Below are positions 49,950 through 64,000 of a DNA stretch of 64,000 bases, one piece after another. The notes under the pieces were generated by a model. That model ran no database searches. It saw only the letters and a program-made list of their open reading frames with translations, and was not told the DNA's origin. The DNA is from Flaccisagitta enflata (taxonomy: Eukaryota). The stretch is taken from positions 21,328,001 through 21,392,000 of the forward strand of contig OZ231126.1 of NCBI GenBank assembly GCA_965153355.1. The letters run 5' to 3'. Positions within the stretch are counted from its first letter, which is position 1. Each line of letters opens with the position of its first letter. A program made the position numbers and the translations under genes.

Positions 49950-51845
49950 ATAGCTGAAACCCCATTTTATGGTAACTTTCTGTTTGGTGTTAGTCAAAAT
50001 GGTCTGTCGGAAGATCTTAGTGTACAAATCCTGCTGCCCGGAAGAAAATCATAATCAAGAGGTCTGGGTATGGGTGGCACCGTGGGTTCATGATAAGGAT
50101 GTGGAGCAGGTGATGACTGAGTCAAGATCGCCACAGTAAATGGTAAGTGGGTAAGTGGATTTGTGGTAGGGAGTGATAGATGGATGGGATAAGGTGAGTG
50201 AGGCCACATTACATCGCCAAAAAGTAGCTCATGGAAACTGATGATTTCCTTAATTCAAAACACAACGCTTAGAAAAGTACGATAACGCAAACGGAACATT
50301 TCTTCGTTTAACGCCGTCACGTTAAAATAAAACATATGATTTATAGGCATATGATACATGGAATCGACAGTGTCAGAGATTGTACTTCGAAGAAACGGAT
50401 AGTGCCTACACAGCTCTCCATAAAAATCTCAAGAGGTTCGGTAAGTTCTGAGTGACGGAAGTGGGATTCTGGAAGATATTGAGGTAGGAAGTTGTTGGTT
50501 TGACAGATGGAGGTCGACTTGGACTGATATGGAGATGTCACTGCCAAAGTGTCAAAGAGTGAGACTTGGAAGAGGAAGAGGAAAAATAGACGCAGAGTTA
50601 TATAAAGGGATTTTCCTAAATTGCCTAAACTGCCCCTGTCCAACTGTCCGGCGTAGGCACCTGTGATGCCGTGTATCCGGCCTTGTCGATTGATTGTTAT
50701 CGATCTCTCTCATCATCAGCTTATTCATGGGAAACACCGATATTGGGCAGATATCGTATCAGCAGTCATAAGAGGCGAGGTGATGTCGTCACCTAATCCA
50801 TCAGATTCTTATCTGTCGTTGCAGACGATAGCAACCGCATCGCCAATCGCAATTGCGTGGTCTCTTGTTGTCGTCATCGACCCCTCAATAGTAAACATTT
50901 TTAAGTGCCATAACACGGTTTTGCCAAACTGGCAGTGGGCTAAGATGGAGAATGACACAAGCGGTCCTAGAGGCATCGGCGGTACCCTCTGTGATAGGTA
51001 CAGTGATAGATGCACTCGATAAAACAAGCTTCCGACAAACAGGCACTGTGTTACAGATACAATATTTGGCAGTAGCTGACTTTAATTCTGTAATTCTACA
51101 CCGGCTGTTGCTGCAGTCTGTGACGCGTGCCCAATATGGGTACATGAGTCTCCAGCCATCGTTACGGCAAACATTGTCGGCCGCGCGGTAACCGACTACA
51201 GGGCTCTCTCTCTCTCTCTCTCTCTCTACTCGCATTTTTGGAGATAGGGGCAGTAAATGCTGACAAAGTTGCCATGGTTATGAATGCCAATGTAACTTGT
51301 TCCTATGGTGGCAGCTTGCAACATCATCGATGGATATGAACAAACAACGTCAGAGAGTTAAGAAAAGTACCACAAGCGTACCGACAAAACATATGAAATT
51401 GACAAAAAAAGAAGAAAAAAGAAAAAAGTAAAAACCAAAAAGCAAAAAACAAATAACGAAAAACAAAAACATTAAAAAATAAAAACAAAAACAAAAACAA
51501 AAACAAAAACAAAAAAAAAACAGCCAAAATTCCAAACAGCCAAAATTCAAAACTCAAAAACTCAAAAACTCAAAAACTAAAAAACCAAAAACCAAAAACC
51601 AAAAACCAAAAACCAAAAACCAAAAACCAAAAACTCAAAATTAAAAACCAAAAACCAGTAGTATTTTTTCAAAAATACTTGAATGAAATTAAGATCATAA
51701 AACAAAAAATCTTTGTCCTTGGAACAAGCATCATTTTTGAAAGAGCATCGCTTCTAAAACTTGTAAAGCGTCAGACCCTAGAATGATCATATTGGAGAGC
51801 GTGCCAACAACCCTTTGAGTGAGACAAATCTGGGATTTGCATGTA

Positions 51846-53461
51846 TTCCGTTGGCGTTATTATGGCATTATCGTCCCAAATAGGGGAACGACGTATCAAA
51901 ACTCCTAGTATGCAGCAGTTTCAAAACGTCCAAAAAACCATTTATGCATACAACAACGTCCTTTTGTGGTTGCAATCTGGGGTTTCAAAACGCAGGCATA
52001 GTTGCCGTTTTGAAACCGCGTTTTTTGGGAGTATCAAAACTGCATAAAAAGCGCATTTGAAAACATGTGTAAAATAACATTTCTTTCTCACTTCTAGCCA
52101 GTTTTTTTTTTTTTTTTCGTTTTAAAACTGAAGAAATGAGCTTTTTCAAACAGTGGCAGTGGTAGTAAAATTATGAAATATGAAATCTCCGTTCCCATAA
52201 GCAATTTTTTTGCAGGTTTGAAACTGCTTGTAAAAACGTTTCATAAATTCAATTTTTTGCAGTTTCAAAACTTCAATTTTTTGCAGTTTCAAAACTGCAA
52301 AAAATAAGCTTTTTGTAACGACTTTCAAAGTAGTAAAACATTACACATTAGCAAATTTACATGAAATACAAGTGACATGGAGTCACAATTCAACAACAAT
52401 TCAATTGCAAGCTTACACTGACACTGACACTGACACAGACAATCTGATTTTCTTGCGACTATAACCGTTTATATTGACTACTTTTGGTAAGCAGATCGCT
52501 TTTGGGGTAGATAAAATAGTCGCAAAAGCATTAGATGGTTGTGATTGTAGTTGAGGGAGAGAGGAGGGCAGCGGACCCAAAGAGGTCGATGACCTATGCT
52601 TTCAGTATTACACATATAGGGAATTGTCTCCTCCTCCTCCTCCTCCTCCGCATCCCCCCCCCTTCCCCCAAGCCCTGGGCCCATATCTCAGCCTCGAGGC
52701 CCATATCTCAGCCACGAGGTCAAAATCCCAGTCTCAAGGCCCAAATCCCTTGAGGCTGAAATTTGGGCCTTGGGGTTGGGATTTGGGCCTTGAGGTTGGA
52801 ATTTGGGCCTCACCTCTGGGATTTGGGCCTTGAGGCTAAGATATGGGCCTTGAGGTTGGGGAGAAGGGGGATACGAAAGAGAAGAAGGAGGAAGAGAAAA
52901 TTCCCTATATGTATGAAAGCATAGGTTATCAACCCCTTTGGGGCCGCTGGCCAAAAGGATGTCTTTCAGATTCAGTTTTATGGAAAACCAAGAGTGGCGC
53001 GCGTATCAGCCAGTCAGTGAGGGCAAACGGGGCCCTCTTCCATTCATTTCAGTTTGGGTAAAGTTAGGGAAATTGTTCCACCTAGCATATAACCATGTTT
53101 CAATTTTAAACGCATTTTTTCTTAGTTTCAATACTTCAATTTTTTCCCTTGCTGGCTGTAACTTTAGCGCTTTTTTCAAGCGTTTTGAAACGCAAAAATC
53201 TCATGGTTTTAAAACTTTAGAATTGCAAAATTTTAACATGGCAACTATGCCTCAAAATTCGTTTCAAAAGTTGCGCATACTTGTGGTTTTGAAACGACAA
53301 TAAAAGATCGTTTTAAACCTGCATAAGAACGCCCGTTTCAAAACGGATTTTTTAATCATTTTTGTGACAAAAATCTATAATTTTTGTTACAATAATCCAC
53401 TTTTTTGCATTTTTGAAACGATTTTTGGCGGTTTAATACGTTATAAAGGAACGCCACGGAA
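51846..53461. mobile_element. Non-autonomous DNA transposon containing a HINE-B insertion
   Basis: TA|TTCCGTTGGCGTT...AACGCCACGGAA|TA; many internal TTTCAAAAC/GTTTTGAAA motifs. Confidence 0.68.
52517..52957 (-). mobile_element. HINE-like family B variant with inverted 21-bp repeat arrays
   Basis: GGGCAGCGGACCCAAAGAGGTCGATGACCTATGCTTTC ... GAAAGCATAGGTTATCAACCCCTTTGGGGCCGCTGGCC inverted repeats; same structure as 61410-61951. Confidence 0.7.
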
Positions 53462-53868
53462 TATCTCGGGATTTGCAGCTTAATTGGTCTTCTCAGTACT
53501 GATACTGTTAAATCACGCAATAACGAATGTCAATAGATCAAAAGAATTTATCTGTTATAGGCGGATTACCATTACTCTTGCATCCGGTGCAGCGGGATGT
53601 AACTGTACTATGAAAATAGCAAATTGATCTTTTGAAATAAGAATACTGCACTAATGATATACTTTTTTCGCAAGATGATGTTTTGAAAATGAGATGAAAA
53701 ATTTACTTCAAATGAGGTAAGATGACTTTGTCATCGTCACGTGATGGTGACTTTTGTCAAAAACGGATTCCGGAGAAACCAGAAAAACAAGCAGTTCTTG
53801 TCAAAAAGCAGACTGTGTGAAAATCAAATGAATTCCAAACAAAATAAAAAGAAGAAAAAGGAACAAAG

Positions 53869-53984
<116 letters not shown>

Positions 53985-54532
53985 CTGGTTTTGTTTTGAG
54001 TCAAATGTCTGGTTTGACTTTTCAGTGTGTGACTTTAAGAATCTGGCGGAACAACGAAAAAAAAGACAAAAATGGTTGAAGAAAGATAAAACAAAGAAAG
54101 GAATAATGAATAAATGAAAAAAAGAAGAAGTAAAGAAATAGACGCTTCTGCGTCAGGATGGTCAGTGAATACCATGGCTATTTCCTGTTAGTTGTTATCG
54201 ATCTGAATGAGCTTATTCTAAGCCTGAGAGGGCTGATATCAGGTCTCCAAGAGCTGGATTGGGGCCTGGGACCACGAGGGGGATGCACGTACGTACGAAC
54301 AAACGTCTGTAATAGCTGTGTATGCTGTATATGCTCACCATGCTGTATATGCTGACCCTGAAGTGGCTTTTTCTTTTTTCTTTCTTTCTTTCTTTCTTTC
54401 ATTCTTTCTTTCTATCTTTCTTTCTCTCTTTTCCTTTCTTTCTTTCTTTCAGATTTATGGAAATTTACTACTGCGTTCTTTAGGATATCGGCCCTCACGT
54501 GCCTATCTTTTTTCTTTCTTTCTTTATTTCTC

Positions 54533-54596
<64 letters not shown>

Positions 54597-54603
54597 TCAA
54601 TCA

Positions 54604-54668
<65 letters not shown>

Positions 54669-55244
54669 TCAGACTTATGGAAATTTACTACTGCGTTCTT
54701 TAGGATATCGGCCCTCACGTGCCGCTGCCCGAAAAGAAGAAAATGAGGAAGGAAAGGAATCGTGACAGGATGGAAGACAATTGTGTGACTTTAGTGCCGG
54801 GTCTTGCGTGACGATGTTCGACTGAAATTGGGACAATAATGGGGGGAAAATAAGAAAATGCCGCGGAGCAGAAATGGACAGATACGAAGACGGACAAGGA
54901 AAAAAAACCTGGACAAACAGGATCTGTATGGAAAACACACATCTTTGAAAAAAATGGAAGTCGGAAACTGGGACAGGAATGATGAGGAAACCGAAAAAAA
55001 CAACCGACGAACATGAAGGCAAAATCGGATACTGAAATATAAGATTTAAATGATATATTTCTGGTTTGGGGAGCGTGTTCGAAGGGGGTTCATTTTCCGC
55101 TCTTTGCTCGATTCTCTAAGTACTACTTTATGTACTAACCTGCATTGGTATACGTATATACTTCCCCTTAAACCTACAGAGTATACACCATGGTATATCC
55201 GTCCCATGTCGCAGGCGGTAAAACTAACCCCGTCGGTTTTTATT

Positions 55245-55483
55245 TTTCAATTGTGGACACGCAACTCTATAGGAGGTTTTGTCCGTCCGTCCGTCCGTCC
55301 GTTGGTCCGTCCGTCCGTCAGCACGAGTCGAAACGTGGGAAAACGTCGGAAAACGAGCGTTTTAGAAGCTTTTGCGTATGTGTCTGTGTTGGAAGGGGGA
55401 TTTGGTGGGAGTTGGGTGTGGATGGGAGTTGGCTGCCCCTGCCCACCCGACCGCAACGATATGGTGACTCCGTGTCACTTGTT
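55245..55483 (+). mobile_element. HINE family A variant
   Basis: TTGTGGACACGCAACTCTATAGGAGG, (GTCC)n, GCCCCTGCCCACCCGACCGCAACGATATGGTGACTCCGTGTCACTTGTT; relatives at 13680-13803 and 40267-40370. Confidence 0.7.
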
Positions 55484-56736
55484 GGGAAAGTAGAGCCTTT
55501 TCACTAATGCATACACTACGTAACTTCGCAGTTTAAGCGTAGCTGGAAAAAATTGTAATCAGAAAAAGAAGGTTTAGGCTCAATTAGTGAATATGGATAC
55601 AAGATACATGTATGTAAATGTATATGGATACATTGTATATGCAAGAAATCGATCTGCGAACCAACACGTAACTTATGTGGAGTTGCATGCGCTATCAGAA
55701 GCCAGGAAGTGGGAGGAAATGGAAAGAGGAAGAATATCGGGTTTGCACAGAAGAAAGAGAGGAGAAGTTACGGTTGGCGAAGTGAATCCTCGTGACTGAC
55801 AGAAACGGGTTAACCGAGTTCCGAAGTCACGAGTTAACGTCAAGAATAGAAATGAAGAATCAATCCCCACAAGAAAAGAATCCAACGCCAATTCAAACAA
55901 ACCCGGATGTAGTATGGGCGTCATTGAAACTCCCGTATAAGCCTTGATAGTGCGGTGCCCGCGTGTATGCGTGCGTCCATAAAACAGCCGGGTGATGTGT
56001 AAGCCTTGAAAATGTCCAGAAGTTAAATGTACGTCATTGAAACTCCCGGACATATGTATTTAGTAAGTGTAAGCCTAAAAAATTCCTCGTTAGGTGTAAG
56101 TGGGCTTCATAGAAACCACCCGGATATGTTTAAAACTTAAAAATGTTTGAGTGTGTCTTCAACGCACCCGGAACCCACTGGAACGCTGGACTATGCACGT
56201 AACTTAAGATTTGAAAATTTTGCCCCGCTGAAACCTCTGTCTCTGCACAATTGATAGATCTTTCATTGCGAATCAATGGGGTCCCTTCTTTGTATGAAAA
56301 CCTCAATTCAAACTGAACCGAATTGGTCTGAACTGAACAACAGCATCTGCCATCACTTCCCACTTGTCTGAATTATTTTAGTGCAGTGATCCAGGAGAAT
56401 CGCGAATAAAATTCCACAAGAAGAGCCAGATCTGTGCATGTGCAACACTAATTTAAGCGGAAGTATGGTAATGAAAGTCGTGAATAACTTGTAACCAACC
56501 TAATGGCCTTAGGTCATTAGTGAGCGACCCGGATTTGCGGCGCAATTAAGTTATCGTTTATGAATTTATCATGAGTCGACGGAAGTGCAGAGTGGAAATA
56601 TGCAACGTAGCAATCTAAACAAGACAATAAATACTATGTCAAGAAATCCAAGTCTTACCCATCAATTCTAGATGAGTTGGTAATTCATTTTAAAGGGCAG
56701 TTGTAACCATGTCCATAAATGTCCGACGATTTACTT

Positions 56737-56800
<64 letters not shown>

Positions 56801-56852
56801 CGATTTTCTTCATTTTCATTTTTCAGATCAGTCAAAATGAGGGCGTGGAGAA

Positions 56853-56961
<109 letters not shown>

Positions 56962-56962
56962 C

Positions 56963-57027
<65 letters not shown>

Positions 57028-57028
57028 A

Positions 57029-57071
<43 letters not shown>

Positions 57072-58191
57072 TAGACAGACAGACAGACAAACAGACAGAC
57101 GGAAAGCCAGATGCACAGATAAACACGCAGACAGATTTGCAAAGGGCGAAAAAACGCATATACTGATCCAACCCACAAAGAATATCCAAGGCTAAATTGA
57201 CTTAGTCTTAGTTTTGACCTACAAAAAAGAGTCAACAAATCTGAAATGATATCGAAATTCCCTGTAAAAGCATTCAATCGTGTGCTAGTGCAGTGGACAG
57301 GAGCACTGATGCAGAAGAAAATTGGTCACTAGATAGGTGCTCGCGCTCGCGAACCTCCCCCCCCAAAAAAAATGGAGCATTTGAGCAGGAGCAGTGAGGC
57401 CAAAGACCGCAAAAAAATTATAATAAAAAAGTAAAATGTGACGGACCGACCAACCGATGGCGAAGGATAGACGGACAGCGCGGGGTGTAGAGTCGCGTAG
57501 CACGTGACTAAAAAACCATAATGTGTTACGGACGTCATGTCGACCGTCCGAGGGCCATCATATCTAAATCTGTCCAACCATCAAAGGCGAAAATTATATT
57601 CTACTTGATCCCTTAGACTAGAGCCTGGATGCCTCAAGCAGATGGGGTAACTTATATTGTTCAATATGCTTTTTGGTTGGTTTAAAAATCTTTTGTTGGT
57701 AGATCTACCCGCCCGCCCTTCCTTCCATCAGTTGAACTTTATGTCCTTTCATACTGTACTGCACTCTTGTCAAACTTATCTTTTATTGGTTGATCTACCC
57801 GCCGGCCCTTCCTTCCATCATTTAAACTTTATGTCCTTTCATACTACACTCTTGTCAAACTTTGATTATAGTTTTCATATTATAATGTTTCACTTTTGTT
57901 CTTGTAACTAATGTTAAAAACATATAACAAATTAGGAAAAACCAACGGACAATCTGATCACGGTGCCTCTACGGACTCCTGCAATTCTACTCCTTTCCTA
58001 GTCCCAACACAATGTTGGTTATAAGCCAATTTTTCTTCATTCTAATCTCGGCTTGACAAGAAGTTGGTCTTTGCGGTGATGTGTGGTTGTGGGTCTTAGG
58101 GGTTGACAGCTCCACTAATTGCCGTTCCGACGCAGAGTGAAAAATTCGATAAAAACAAACCGTGACCTTCCCGCCGCCGCCGCCACAAGTT

Positions 58192-58238
<47 letters not shown>

Positions 58239-58509
58239 CGACTTTTTCGTTTCTGTTTTTTCTATTCATTTTTTTTTTCGTGTTTTTATTTTTCGTTTCA
58301 ATTCTATAATTGTTTCTTGTTTGTTTGTTTTTTTTTTCTTTTTAGCTTGACATCTGTCGGTTGCTGATTTATTGCGTTCCAAAATCGAAACTGAAATTCC
58401 ACCCGGACTCATCATCCTTCCTCAGACGCGAACCACCCTTGATCCTTTACCCCCCCCCCACCTGGTCAGGGCCTTTACTCTATTGCGTCTCAATCCCTTC
58501 CACCATCTA

Positions 58510-59349
58510 CAGTGGGAACCCGATCTAACGACCTTGAAGGGACTGGGGAATTGGGTCGTTAAATCCGAGTGTTGTTAAATCGAATTTACAGTTTTAGATA
58601 TTCTTAGTGAAGATAGTTTTGAAATATGCTTTCATATGTTTGTACATGAATTCACTTTAGTTTTTGAGCAACTGGTCGAAACATACAAAAGTACATATGT
58701 CTGTAAAGTATATGCTTCCACTCATATACTCACCAATCCATGTATATTATAAAATATCACATGTAATGAATCTTTTATCAAATTTTATCGATTAGAAACC
58801 TCTTAGTCCATGATTTTGCATCACTTTGTAAAATGTCTTTACTTTTATTTTCATGATGAAGAGTTACAGTGTGCAAAAAAAAAAATTTTCCCTAGATTTT
58901 TCACTTTCACTATGGTATGGGAATCATTATCAAAGGCCAAGAGAAAAAAAAAGACGAAAGACAAAATGAGGTCTTTATATTTTAGCCTTTCAGCTCTTGT
59001 TTGAAATATTTGAGTGTTTATTTCTATTTACTATCTTTTTTTCTATTTATGAATTTTTATCGAATTTTTTACGAATAAATTTGAGCAAATTAAGACTAAT
59101 TGGTAATGAATGAAGATTTTTAGGTAAAAAAAATTGTCAATGAAGAAGTTGATGTCACTAAATCAGGTTAAGGTCATCCATGGGACTTAAAAACAGTGAT
59201 TTTAAATCAGGTTTGGATGTTAAATCAGGTGTTGTTAAATCGAGCAAAATTAACATTACAAAAGCCTGTAAAAATTTGGGACCAAAGAAACATAGCTGCT
59301 AAATCCGGAATGTTGTTAAATCAGGTGACGAAAATGCGGTAGTCCACTG
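58510..59349. mobile_element. Non-autonomous Tc1/mariner (pogo-like) element
   Basis: TA|CAGTGG...CCACTG|TA with subterminal GTTAAATC repeats at both ends. Confidence 0.75.
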
Positions 59350-59628
59350 TATCTCCCTTTCTTCCCGGCTGATCTGACGCCCATTTCGCATTTCGTAGTA
59401 CTCGTTCCCCACCAGACACCTACTTTTTTTTCTACTTGTAACAACTGATGCCTTCTTCCACATCTAGTTATACCCCTTCCTCGTCAAGCAGCCCTGCCCA
59501 TCATGTTCCTGCCCCCTGCCCTCGCCAATCCCCCCCCAAAGAAATTATCGACTCCCGCGAGGACGCTTTTCGAGGTTGAAATGCCGACAGGTTTATCGAT
59601 TCATCGGGGCAAAACTCATTTCTCTGTC

Positions 59629-59783
59629 TTTTTAGTCGCGGACACGCGACTCTACACCTTGGTCTGTCGGTCCGTCCATCGGTCGGTCGGTCGGTCGGTC
59701 ACATTTTTGAATTCCGAGCGATTTTTGCATTACTGCTCCTGCCCAACCGTCCGCGACTGGATTGCCGTGTATCCGGCCTTGTT
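59629..59783 (+). mobile_element. HINE family A copy
   Basis: TTTTTAGTCGCGGACACGCGACT...(GGTC)n...CCGCGACTGGATTGCCGTGTATCCGGCCTTGTT. Confidence 0.8.
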
Positions 59784-60203
59784 GAGTGTAGAAACCTCAA
59801 TTTTCATTTTACAGACACATTTTTAGACCGACTGTATTTTTCAAAACGTTCAGGTACAAACGCGATTCACAAGATGCGACTAAGATTCGTCAGCACGATA
59901 GCTACAGCTGTAGGTTACGACTAGCTACCAATTGGTAACTTAAAGGGAAACAGGGCAATCCTAGTAAATACAAAAAAATTGCTTTCATATGAAAGTATGA
60001 TGGACATCCATGGTGACAGACACATTACCACTCAAAGTGGTACGGATCTACATTATGCAGTATGCAGAGAGAACGGGTAAAAGAACGGGAAGGGGGTAAT
60101 TGCAGTGGGCAATTGCAGTGACTGTGCAACAGCCACAGAAATCAAGATACAGAATTTGAGGCCGAAATATTCTATCGGGACCATTCATTAATGTTGATAA
60201 AGG

Positions 60204-60361
60204 AACAAGGCCGGATACACGGCCAATACCAGTCGCGGACGGGTGGGCAGGAGCGGAAACGCTGGTTTTTCCACTTTTCGACTCGTGCTCACCAACGGAC
60301 CAACCGACGGACGGACGGACGGACAAAGCCTCTTATAGAGTCGCTCGTCCGCGATTAAAAA
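60204..60361 (-). mobile_element. HINE family A copy
   Basis: AACAAGGCCGGATACACGGCC...AGTCGCGGAC...AGAGTCGCTCGTCCGCGATTAAAA. Confidence 0.78.
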
Positions 60362-61409
60362 CAAAACAAACGAAACAAACAATATGGAAAAAGAAGAAAA
60401 TGAAAATAGGAGCCCAACAAAGCGCAACCAACAATTGCTGTAATTTAAAGAAGCGCCACTAACTTGCTTGCTGGCGTGCGTCTCGACGAACAAATCAAAT
60501 TTTGCAAATGCTAGAATTTGCATCTCGCCAAAATTCAATTTCTCTGCTTCTCCTATTTCTCGTCTCTGTCTCTGTCTACTTTTCTTTTCCTTTTCCTCAA
60601 TTTTCTTTTTTTCTCTTCTTTATCTTCTTCTTCATCTTCTTCTTCTTCTTCTTCTTCTACTTCTTCTTCTTCTTTCTTCTTCTTCTTCTTCTTCTTCTTC
60701 TTCTTCTTTTTCTTCTTCTTTCTTTTTCTTCTCTTCTTCTTCTTCTTTCTTTCTTCCTTTCCCACTTCCTTCTTCTCTCTCTTCTTCTTTCTTCTTCTTC
60801 TTCTTCTTCTTCTTCTTCTTCTTCTTCTTCTTCTTCTTCTTCTTCTTCTTCTTCTTCTTCTTCTTCTTCTTCTTCTTCTTCTTCTTCTTCTTCTTCTTCT
60901 TCTTCTTCTTCTTTTGCAAATTTTTTTTTGCTCTTTTTTTTCTTTTCTTGAAACTCGTTTTCAAATCAAATTTTCCTCTTCTTTTCCCATTTAAAATAGA
61001 TTTGAAAATGGGCTGCCATTTTTTGAAAGACCACCGCGGCCTCAGTCGTCGCTAGTGCCGTCTTCTCGCGCCGTCTTTGCCGCCGCCGGTCGAATGGCCA
61101 TCAGCGGCCGCCGCTGTCTCTCCCAAGGTGTGCTTTGCTAACTGCAGCTGTTCGCGCAGCCGCCTTAAACAACGCCGCGCCACCGCCTCTAAAACCGCGG
61201 CCGTCATCGATACCGCCAGCGGCCACTGTCTTCTATGCTCCGATTTAAGGACCGCTCCACTGACCGCCGCCGGCGCTTACTTCTGTTATCGTTGTATCCG
61301 TTTTAGGCTGGCACCATCATAGCTGATAAAATACAGTGCTAAGGCTTATCTCACCATGATTCCAAAATTCTTTTCCCATTAGACTCTCCCTTCTTACTCT
61401 CTAATCTTT

Positions 61410-61951
61410 AATAGTCGCAAAAGCGTTACATGGTCAGCGGTACCCATGCCCTGCCTATGTAGGTTGTGGTTGAAGTTGAGGGGGGAGCAGGGCAGCGGCC
61501 CCTTCCTCCTCCTTCTCCTCCTCCTCCGTCCCTCCCCCCCTCAAATCCCAGTCTCGAGGCCCAAATTCCAGTCTCAAGGCCCAAATCCCAGTCTTGAGGC
61601 CCAAATCCCAGCCTCAAGGCCCAAATCCTAGCCTCAAGGCCAAAATCCTAGCCTGGAGGCTGAGATTTGGGCCTCTTTGCTGAGATTTTGATGTTGAGGC
61701 AGAGTTGGGCTTAAAGACTGAAATCAGGGCCTCCAGGCTAGGATTTAGGCCTTGAGGCTAGGATTTGGGCCTTGAGGCTGGGATTTGGGCCTCAAGACTG
61801 GGATTTGGGCCTCGAGACTGGAATTTGGGCCTCGAGACTGGGATTTGAGGGGGGGGGACGTAGGAGAAGAAGAAGGAGGAGAAGAAGGAGAAAATCCCCC
61901 ATATGTGTGAAAGCATAGGTCATCGACCCCTTTGGGGCCGCTGCCCAAAAA
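61410..61951 (-). mobile_element. HINE-like family B variant with foldback interior
   Basis: CATGGTCAGCGGTACCCATGCCCTGCC end; ~21-bp AGGCCCAAATCCCAGCCTCA-type repeats followed by their reverse complement; TTTGGGGCCGCTGCCCAAAAA end. Confidence 0.75.
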
Positions 61952-63167
61952 GTATGCCACACTCTGTCTTCTCCGACCTATATGTGGGTGTTGAGGAACG
62001 AGTCTTCAAAACCTAAATCCTGTTTTCCAAGACCGTAGTCTAGGCGTTCAAAACCAAAACCTAGACTGTTTGCATTTGGGACCTGGAAAATCTAGACTGT
62101 TTGCCTTGGGAACCTGGAAAGCAAACAAACAGGCGGACGGATTTTCACAGTCTTTAATAGGACTTTAATTTCTTTGGCTCCGCTGACTCTTCGCTCAATT
62201 CTGCAACCAACGAATCCAAAAAGTATCGCTGACCTTCCGATGATTTTGTGTTTTGTGAAGTTTGTCCCCTTCTTTTGTAACAACACTCAACCCAACACCC
62301 CCAATCACACCACGTGTGCGGCTCTCCCTTGATACTCCCTCTGCCTCCCGCATCACCACCCCTTTTCTTTCCTCCGCCGTTGCCGCCGCCGTCGCTGCCG
62401 CCGCAACGGACGTCGCCATTCGCGTGAAGATCTTCTGAAAAATGAGATTTTAATGTGGAACCGAAAAACTGCGAAAAAAAGCCGCGAAAAAAGGGAAGAA
62501 ATAGGAAGAAAAAAAGCTGCAAATGGCGATACGTAGAAGAGGAGAATAAAGGGAAGTGAGAAATAAAAAGAAAAGAGCCCGAAGGATAAGATAAGGTGAG
62601 AGGGTGAGAGGGTTTACATTTGTGGGGATGGGTTGGAGGAAGACTTAACCGTTTTTCTAAGACAAGCATGTCTTGTTTGCAAATCGTAATGTGACAGCAG
62701 ATTAGAATTTGGCGCCTTGTTGAGAAAATCAGTCAATGATGTCTTTGGATCATGTCTTTCACCTCGTAAAAATTGAAGTGAGTCTAAAAAGATGATTTCA
62801 TGAAATATTACGACTGCCGGCCTTACAACTTTCCGTAAGATGTGGTTTTGAATTAGTGCAATGGAACGTTTGCACGCCTAAAACCAGTGGTTAAACGTAC
62901 CATACATTTTCGCACTCTGGTCCTTTTCCCTATGATCGAATCAGGGCCTGGGAGGCCAAACAAAATAAAGGGTCTGACACCCCTAGCACCAATCTTGGTC
63001 CTCATACTCTCGTTGTTTTATGCCTAACAGCTGGAACTCTTTTTCTTTGTTTGTGTATTTTGCATCATCAGCAAAAACGGATCATAGATGCATTAAAACC
63101 TACTAGAAACCGGCCGTAACACAAACCCCTTCCGACAAGTTTTTCTAGCCACGATATCTAATTCACA

Positions 63168-63366
<199 letters not shown>

Positions 63367-64000
63367 CACTTTTCTCATCTTTTTTTTTCCCCCTCTCTCG
63401 CTTTTTTTCATTCACTTTTCTTAAGATTAAAAGCAAAAAATCGGCGATGCCAAAAGCCGCCGCGGTTCAACGCGAGACAAAAATCCAATTTGCATAGAAA
63501 TGGAAAAATGTGAGAAATGAAAAATGTCACGATGACAAAGTTACTCTTTTTTGACGCGTTTTATCAGAGTGATAGAAGAACTAACTCAGAGAGAGAGATT
63601 TTTGAGAAAGGAGAGCGCGCCAAAACAGACAGACAGATAGACCGACAGATGGTAACAGTTATCTCCATAAATTGATTTTAAGAAATTCATTTCAAGAAAT
63701 TGATTCCAGATTTAAGATTATCTGCACCTTGGAAACATGGTAACTGTTCAGTGTTCACCATGTTCACTTAAGATCTAGAATACGTGGCTGAGTCATTCTT
63801 TGTCGGTCAGTTGGTCCAGTACAATTGCCATTATGCAATCCCACAGAAAAAAAGAACATTTTTACAAAAAAGCGTTCACTTCGACAAGCTCTAACGTATA
63901 AACTATCCGAGATTAATACCTGGGATTGGTCTAGAGTGACAGAAAATCAAAGAATCTTTAAAATAACTTTATCAGAAAAATGTCAAAATATATATGTATT

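Noticed and set aside
57524-58108. Solo LTR (TGTTAC...TGACA)
   Set aside because: No TSD, PBS or PPT and no second copy; contains only an ~84-bp tandem duplication.

Overview
Repeat-rich animal (probably invertebrate) nuclear DNA, with no prokaryotic features. Nearly all long ORFs in the track are artefacts of micro- and minisatellites. Real coding content: (1) nine in-phase GT-AG exons of an acetyl-CoA carboxylase (ACC) gene on the minus strand (33875-38341; biotinyl domain EVMKM plus central domain), with a candidate 27-nt microexon in the regulatory loop and no other ACC exon recognisable in the 34 kb and 26 kb flanks; (2) a full-length CR1/L2-group LINE (25959-31658, minus) with an intact SGNH-esterase ORF1 and a frameshifted APE-RT ORF2; (3) an orphan C2H2 zinc-finger exon (45574-45745, minus). 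The LINE sits inside a ~540-bp tandem array with an AAATAT target duplication and is itself interrupted by a Helentron-type (HINE/DINE-1-like) element. The rest is two abundant HINE-like families, Tc1/mariner and hAT MITEs, foldback palindromes, a 1.4-kb 21-bp minisatellite and long microsatellites. All calls are by eye; no database searches were run.
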